Positions 26,936-31,196 of a DNA stretch of 31,196 bases are shown here, in pieces. Within the stretch, counting starts at the first letter, position 1; each line of letters begins with the position of its first letter. The translations under genes were made by a program, and so were the position numbers. A model generated the notes under the pieces. The model did no database searches and was not told the origin of the DNA. It saw only the letters and a program-made list of their open reading frames with translations. The DNA is from a virus (taxonomy: Duplodnaviria > Caudoviricetes), in IMG/VR virus record IMGVR_UViG_3300034101_000207, positions 1-31,196 of that record; one strand, given 5' to 3'.

Positions 26936-27109
26936 AACTGTACCTGTTAATTAAAGCCCGTCTCGTGGGCTAGACGGTCGATGCCCAAGTTGGAGGCTGT
27001 GCCATGGATATAGCACGCGTGGGACTTGCCATCGACTGACGCGGTTCGCGGTGTCACTCCGCAGGGAAGGGTGGCTCCCCGTTCAACGCACTCACGCCTT
27101 GCGCTGAAC
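26936..27109 (-). ncRNA. Candidate structured RNA (cis-regulatory leader or ncRNA) with multiple stems and a probable pseudoknot
   Basis: Longest intergenic region in the window and mostly base-pairable: 10-bp, 6-bp, 5-bp and nested 7+5+7-bp stems. Non-canonical pairs inside stems are G-U on the minus strand. Family not recognised. Confidence 0.6.
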
Positions 27110-27363
27110 TATTTCATCGCACCAGAAGACTTACGAGGGAAGGATCGGTTCTTGCTAGGAGACTGCAACTTAGTACCGTCCCCGTTGCTACCGCCCTTCG
27201 ACAGTGCCTTTACGTGGGCAACGTCTTTACCTTTTCGGTTAATACCTTTCTTGTCGTAGGATCGTCGGGCGCGTTGGCGCTCCATACGATCTTCGTGTTC
27301 ACCACGTTCGACTTGCTTCTTGTACTCGTGCTTGTATGGACGAGGCTTGTTTACATAAGGCAT
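27109..27363 (-). CDS. Small basic HNH-like (His-Me finger) protein, possibly degenerate
   Basis: 84 aa: R.YK.EY...R..R.RARR...G.DVAH.KALSKGGSN......SPSKNRS, resembling small podophage HNH proteins but with DVAH instead of DVDH. Confidence 0.6.
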   Translation of the reverse strand: MPYVNKPRPYKHEYKKQVERGEHEDRMERQRARRSYDKKGINRKGKDVAHVKALSKGGSNGDGTKLQSPSKNRSFPRKSSGAMK

Positions 27364-27364
27364 G

Positions 27365-28018
27365 TCATTTCACCTTGTAGAATTTGCATGTATCAACCGG
27401 ACACCAACCGCACAGGCCGCTCGGCTTTTCAGGCCAAAAGCTGTTCTCGTATGCGTTCTCTAGTCGGGTCAGGTCGCCTTTGAACTCCAGCCACAACTTG
27501 TCTATGTCAGATCTCGCATATTCTTCTGGCACGAACGAGTTGCGCGTGATGAACAGCAGTCCCGCCTTGATGTTCACTACATCAGGGAAGTGTGCATAGG
27601 TCATCAGTGCCATCAACTTTAACTGCTTCGGGTCAGGATACTTGTTGCTGCCGGTCTTGTAGTCAATGATGAAAGCGTCTTCACCGTCAACGATCAGCAG
27701 GTCAACGATACCTCGTACCCAACGATCCTCTGCATCGAACTCACACTTGGTCTTATCTAATTTCAACGCCATCTGATACTCGGGGTATCGCTTGCCCGGT
27801 ATCTTCAATAATTCATCTAGTACAGGTTTGTAGTGGGAGTAGTGTTTCGCAAGCGGCTTGCCCTCACGGACGTAATCTTCTACCGCCTTGTGTACCTCCG
27901 TCCCGTACAGCATTTGCTCCGTGACTTTCTTAGTCACAGACTTCGCTATCTTCACCTCATAGTACTGCTTCGGACAGTTAATGAAGTCTTTGAGACTACT
28001 GTATGACCACTGAATCAC
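27365..28018 (-). CDS. PD-(D/E)xK exonuclease, Cas4/RecB-like with 4-Cys cluster
   Basis: WSYSSL..F..CP; GTEVH; RGIVDL; IIDYKTG; QL..MA; CGWCPVDTC. Confidence 0.88.
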   Translation of the reverse strand: MIQWSYSSLKDFINCPKQYYEVKIAKSVTKKVTEQMLYGTEVHKAVEDYVREGKPLAKHYSHYKPVLDELLKIPGKRYPEYQMALKLDKTKCEFDAEDRWVRGIVDLLIVDGEDAFIIDYKTGSNKYPDPKQLKLMALMTYAHFPDVVNIKAGLLFITRNSFVPEEYARSDIDKLWLEFKGDLTRLENAYENSFWPEKPSGLCGWCPVDTCKFYKVK

Positions 28019-29875
28019 TTAACAATCCCCATAAGACTGCCCGTACTTCGCTTCACAAGCGACCGGCAGACCTTTAGCCCAACTCGGAGGAGTAGACATT
28101 ACTTGTGTTATAAACGCAAGTGCTTCATCTACCTCACTTTCTGGAGCAATGATTACGGCAGCATCATGCACAGTCAGCACAGGCCGGTAGCGTTCACGTA
28201 GTTTAAGCATCTGCTCACCGACGATAATTCTGGCGAGTGCCTGCACCACGTTCTCAACTACAGCCCCACCCCAAATGGATACAGGGCCTTTGCGCGAGTC
28301 GTAGGTCATGCGTTCATCTTCAATACGTAGATTCGGGTATCGAATGTACAACCCGTTAGGCAGTCGTAGACCTGTGCTGTTTACTCTGACTACGTCGTGT
28401 TGTCCCAACGAATACTCATTCATCTCGCTAGTCCAACGCGCGATGTGACCCAGAGCCGTATCTGAATCACGCCACAAGCCCACGATCTTGTCGTTGATGT
28501 TGCGATACAGATTCACGATCTGCTTGCACTCGTCCTCTAACAAGTCAGCCCCCGGCGGTTGAGTCTTCAGCGTGTGCCGTAACTTCGCCGCGCCTGTGCC
28601 ATAGCCAAGTCCAAGAATGCAGGTCTTGCCTACGAACCGTTCGACGGGGTTGGCCTTGCTGATCGGTCGCTTGTAAATCTTGCTGGCGAACCTGCTGTAT
28701 ACGTCGTCACCCTCTCGGAACTGCTCAACCAGAGCGTTCTCTCCTGCCAACCACGCCAGCACACGTGCCTCGATCTGTGAACTGTCACAGTTAATAACCA
28801 CGTGGCCTTCTGGTGCTACGACCGACTTCTTCAGAGCCTTCTTCTTGGCATCACGACTCGGCAGGTTCTGGAAGTTGACTGAGTCAGCCCCTGCCCACCG
28901 TCCGGTGTGCGCCCCGTAATACTTCAACGGGATTGGAAGTAACCCCTTGTTCCTCGCACCGATACCGATGAACCGCTCGATACGCGACTCCTCGATGGTG
29001 GACTTAGTGCCCAACCGGACAGCGCACAGTTGCTGCACGATAGGATCTTCATGCTCCTGTAGTGCGATAAACCCTTCATCGTTCTTGGCGAGAGCAAAAG
29101 TCTCCTTGCCGGTAGTCGCGCTCACCTTCATGGGCGGTGCAACCCCCATGTCCTTCAGCACAGTGGCGAACTGCGGGTTGCTTGCTAACTTGGCACGAAC
29201 TTCTTCCTCACTGCCTACATCCAACACGCCCTTCAGGCCGTTCAGTAACTCGGTCTTCTCAGCCTTGATCTCATCCAGACGTTCAATTAACAACGCATCA
29301 TCCACGCGCAGCACCGGCAGCGTGTACATACGCAACGTCATGTCAATCAAATCTAGTTCGGACTGCGGAAAGTTTTGGACAAGTTTTCCGAAGAGTCTGT
29401 AAGTAAGTTCGACATCGTTCCTGCAATAGCCGCCGTAACGATCAAGATCATCAGGACGAAAATCACATCTTCTTTTCCCCAACGCATCGACAACCTCCGT
29501 ACCTTTCTTACCTAATGAGTAACGCTCTGCCAGTTTGGCAAGTGAACCACCTGCGTCTACACCGTGTACGGCACGTGCCATACAGAGCGTATCGAAATAG
29601 TATGCAGGGGTAATGTTAAAGATGAAGGACAGGATGCCACCGTCGAACTGCGTGTTGTGACACAGCAGCGCAGACGTATCCCAATCCACTTGGTTCAGCC
29701 ACGCCTTGATCTCATCGTGCGTACCGCTAAACCATTGCGTCTCATCCTCGTCAATCTTCATCGCCACACCGATCACTTCAAAGCGCGGATGGCGTATGTA
29801 TTCCTCAGTAGTTAGCCGTGTGAGACTAAAGTCCTTGGCGTAGTAAGTTTCAAAATCAAGTGTTACGAAACTCAT
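28019..29875 (-). CDS. polA: DNA polymerase family A with 3'-5' exonuclease domain
   Basis: ExoI DFETYY, ExoII HNTQFD, ExoIII YCRND; HTGRW; motif A DSSQIEAR; motif B RFVGKTCILGLGYG; motif C TVHDA. Start placed at ATG 29875 (ATGA overlap with the upstream gene). Confidence 0.95.
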   Translation of the reverse strand: MSFVTLDFETYYAKDFSLTRLTTEEYIRHPRFEVIGVAMKIDEDETQWFSGTHDEIKAWLNQVDWDTSALLCHNTQFDGGILSFIFNITPAYYFDTLCMARAVHGVDAGGSLAKLAERYSLGKKGTEVVDALGKRRCDFRPDDLDRYGGYCRNDVELTYRLFGKLVQNFPQSELDLIDMTLRMYTLPVLRVDDALLIERLDEIKAEKTELLNGLKGVLDVGSEEEVRAKLASNPQFATVLKDMGVAPPMKVSATTGKETFALAKNDEGFIALQEHEDPIVQQLCAVRLGTKSTIEESRIERFIGIGARNKGLLPIPLKYYGAHTGRWAGADSVNFQNLPSRDAKKKALKKSVVAPEGHVVINCDSSQIEARVLAWLAGENALVEQFREGDDVYSRFASKIYKRPISKANPVERFVGKTCILGLGYGTGAAKLRHTLKTQPPGADLLEDECKQIVNLYRNINDKIVGLWRDSDTALGHIARWTSEMNEYSLGQHDVVRVNSTGLRLPNGLYIRYPNLRIEDERMTYDSRKGPVSIWGGAVVENVVQALARIIVGEQMLKLRERYRPVLTVHDAAVIIAPESEVDEALAFITQVMSTPPSWAKGLPVACEAKYGQSYGDC

Positions 29876-30420
29876 GGGTCTACGCTCCATGTTTCAGTTT
29901 GCCGCTCAAGCCTCGGCCACTCAGATGTCGTGATGAAAGACTTGTCCTGCACGAGCACGTGGTTGGTAGGCTGTGCTGTGAACCTGCCGTTGTCCAACTT
30001 AATAAAGTAGAACTCTTTGGATTGTTCTGGTTCCAAACTAAACCCGTCCAACATGGGTATGGCAGTGAACATATACTTACCAGTCAATTCTGTTTTAGAC
30101 CGCAAGCGAACGCGCACCGGCACGGCTTCAAGAAACGGGTACTCCAATATACTGAACTGATGTCCGTAACAGTCCCATGTTTGACTGTCGCTCGGCTTCC
30201 AATCCAATGATGTTGTGATGATTTTGTGTGTCAGTTGATGTAACGGAACGTTGCGGTACACCGCTCCACATTCAAGCATTACATGACACCCCCACGTTCT
30301 GCCGGGGTGACTGACAAGACCGAACCACGCCACACGTAACCAATCTTCGTTACCAAAAGCGTGTGGTTGCACGTAACAGTACACGTGTCGAGGCAGCGGC
30401 CCCGCGCCAGAATAAATCAT
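29872..30420 (-). CDS. Conserved hypothetical phage protein (Cys/His/Trp-rich, beta-rich)
   Basis: 182 aa, translationally coupled on both sides; WFGL.S.PGR.WGCHV.LECGA.YR.VP.H and WDCYG motifs; function unknown. Confidence 0.7.
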   Translation of the reverse strand: MIYSGAGPLPRHVYCYVQPHAFGNEDWLRVAWFGLVSHPGRTWGCHVMLECGAVYRNVPLHQLTHKIITTSLDWKPSDSQTWDCYGHQFSILEYPFLEAVPVRVRLRSKTELTGKYMFTAIPMLDGFSLEPEQSKEFYFIKLDNGRFTAQPTNHVLVQDKSFITTSEWPRLERQTETWSVDP

Positions 30421-30602
30421 ATTGTTCTATCCACTTTTGTACGTAGCCACCCTTTGCCTGTCTCGATGAACCCGGCTGCTGCTAGGGCTTCCAACGAACG
30501 GCACGTACCAAACTTGTATCGGTGTGACCTAAACGATTCCGGATTAGCGAACTTGCGCTTGCACTCCGTACATCTTCTTTCTTTTACTACGACGACCGTC
30601 AT
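30417..30602 (-). CDS. Small C2HC zinc-finger protein (FDxHR-like)
   Basis: RCTECKRKF....SFRSHRY..GTC.S...L...GF....KGW; ATGA coupling to the next gene. Confidence 0.65.
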   Translation of the reverse strand: MTVVVVKERRCTECKRKFANPESFRSHRYKFGTCRSLEALAAAGFIETGKGWLRTKVDRTI

Positions 30603-30765
30603 TCTTTAGCCTCTCCACTTCAGCCCGTAAGTATTTGATCTCGTGGTGGCATTGCCACAACACGCTGCCCACCGTCAAAAACTTAAACTCAGTAGTTGTT
30701 GATGTGTCATTTACCTCGTTGGGTAATGCACGAATCAGGTCAAGGATATCATCTTCTATCTCCAT
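30544..30765 (-). CDS. Hypothetical protein with C-terminal coiled coil
   Basis: 73 aa; TAATG coupling with the methyltransferase; EIKYLRAEVERLK. Confidence 0.6.
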   Translation of the reverse strand: MEIEDDILDLIRALPNEVNDTSTTTEFKFLTVGSVLWQCHHEIKYLRAEVERLKNDGRRSKRKKMYGVQAQVR

Positions 30766-31196
30766 TACATCTTCCTCAGCACTAACATTTGTGGGTAGTA
30801 CCGGATCTCGGCAATGCCCTGTTTCTTGTCAGTTGCTTTCATAAGTTCATTCATAAAATCCACAATCGTTTTACGATAGTTGGCAACCTCGCGTCTGAAG
30901 TGTGTTCGGAACTGTTCCGTGTATGAGTCATTGTAGGTACAGCCCAAGTCTTCGATGATGTAGTACCCACCGGAACGCACAGAAGACCAACAGTTGTGGA
31001 ACATTGCCACCATGTCTTCGGAAATGTGAGACGCATCATCAATAAAAATATCTACGTATTCGCCCATACCGCGCTTGCACAAGTCTGCGATACGTATCTC
31101 TACGTTCTTCATGTCTTGGCAAAGTTCGGCACACTCTGGTCGGATGTCATACCCGATGATCTTGGACACGGGGAAATAGTTACCCCACATACGCAG
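30765..31196 (-). CDS. Class I SAM-dependent methyltransferase (sugar O-methyltransferase/Methyltransf_24-like), 5'-truncated
   Basis: Frame is open to the window edge (LRMWGNYFP..KIIGYDI); DIFIDDASH; GGYYIIED. Confidence 0.8.
   Translation of the reverse strand: MRMWGNYFPVSKIIGYDIRPECAELCQDMKNVEIRIADLCKRGMGEYVDIFIDDASHISEDMVAMFHNCWSSVRSGGYYIIEDLGCTYNDSYTEQFRTHFRREVANYRKTIVDFMNELMKATDKKQGIAEIRYYPQMLVLRKM

Noticed and set aside
26936-27109. tRNA or a known self-cleaving ribozyme (hammerhead, pistol, twister) in the intergenic region
   Set aside because: No cloverleaf with T-loop and acceptor stem, no CUGAUGA/GAAA core, and no pistol or twister consensus that I could identify by eye; kept as an unclassified structured RNA.
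27026-27259. 77-aa plus-strand ORF across the structured region
   Set aside because: TTG start, antisense to the operon, no RBS and no recognisable features.
27365-28018. Cas4-like gene as evidence of a CRISPR-Cas system
   Set aside because: No repeat-spacer array or other cas genes; solo Cas4-like exonucleases are ordinary in phage replication modules.
1-31196. Alternative genetic code or stop-codon readthrough
   Set aside because: Genes tile the window almost without gaps under the standard code, and TAA, TGA and TAG all act as stops.

Overview
This window is an internal ~31 kb fragment of a tailed dsDNA bacteriophage genome, most likely podovirus-like, and both ends fall inside genes. 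The + strand (1-20688) is a late/virion module. It holds Ser/Thr- and Gly-rich tail-fibre genes with small accessory genes, a 2OG-Fe(II) oxygenase, a sulfotransferase, a holin and a GH24 endolysin. These are followed by a tail nozzle-like protein, a C1q-like protein and a block of internal-virion/DNA-ejection proteins ending in a 1839-aa polyvalent protein (wHTH, HExxxH metallopeptidase, PLxRFG-like region). The - strand (31196-20685) is a replication module: SAM methyltransferase, Zn-finger protein, family A DNA polymerase (Leu762 type), Cas4-like exonuclease, a small HNH-like protein, SNF2 helicase, a putative SSB, an HTH protein and a primase-helicase. The two modules meet at a shared TTAA stop. 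No integrase, tRNA, rRNA, CRISPR array or reverse transcriptase was seen. Two signals stand out. The first is a ~170-nt densely structured, probably pseudoknotted minus-strand RNA element that starts at the stop codon of the HNH-like gene and ends at the SNF2 helicase RBS (26936-27109). The second is a 63-aa out-of-frame gene with a perfect Shine-Dalgarno nested inside the giant ejection protein gene (16667-16858). All family assignments are by-eye motif recognition; no searches were run.
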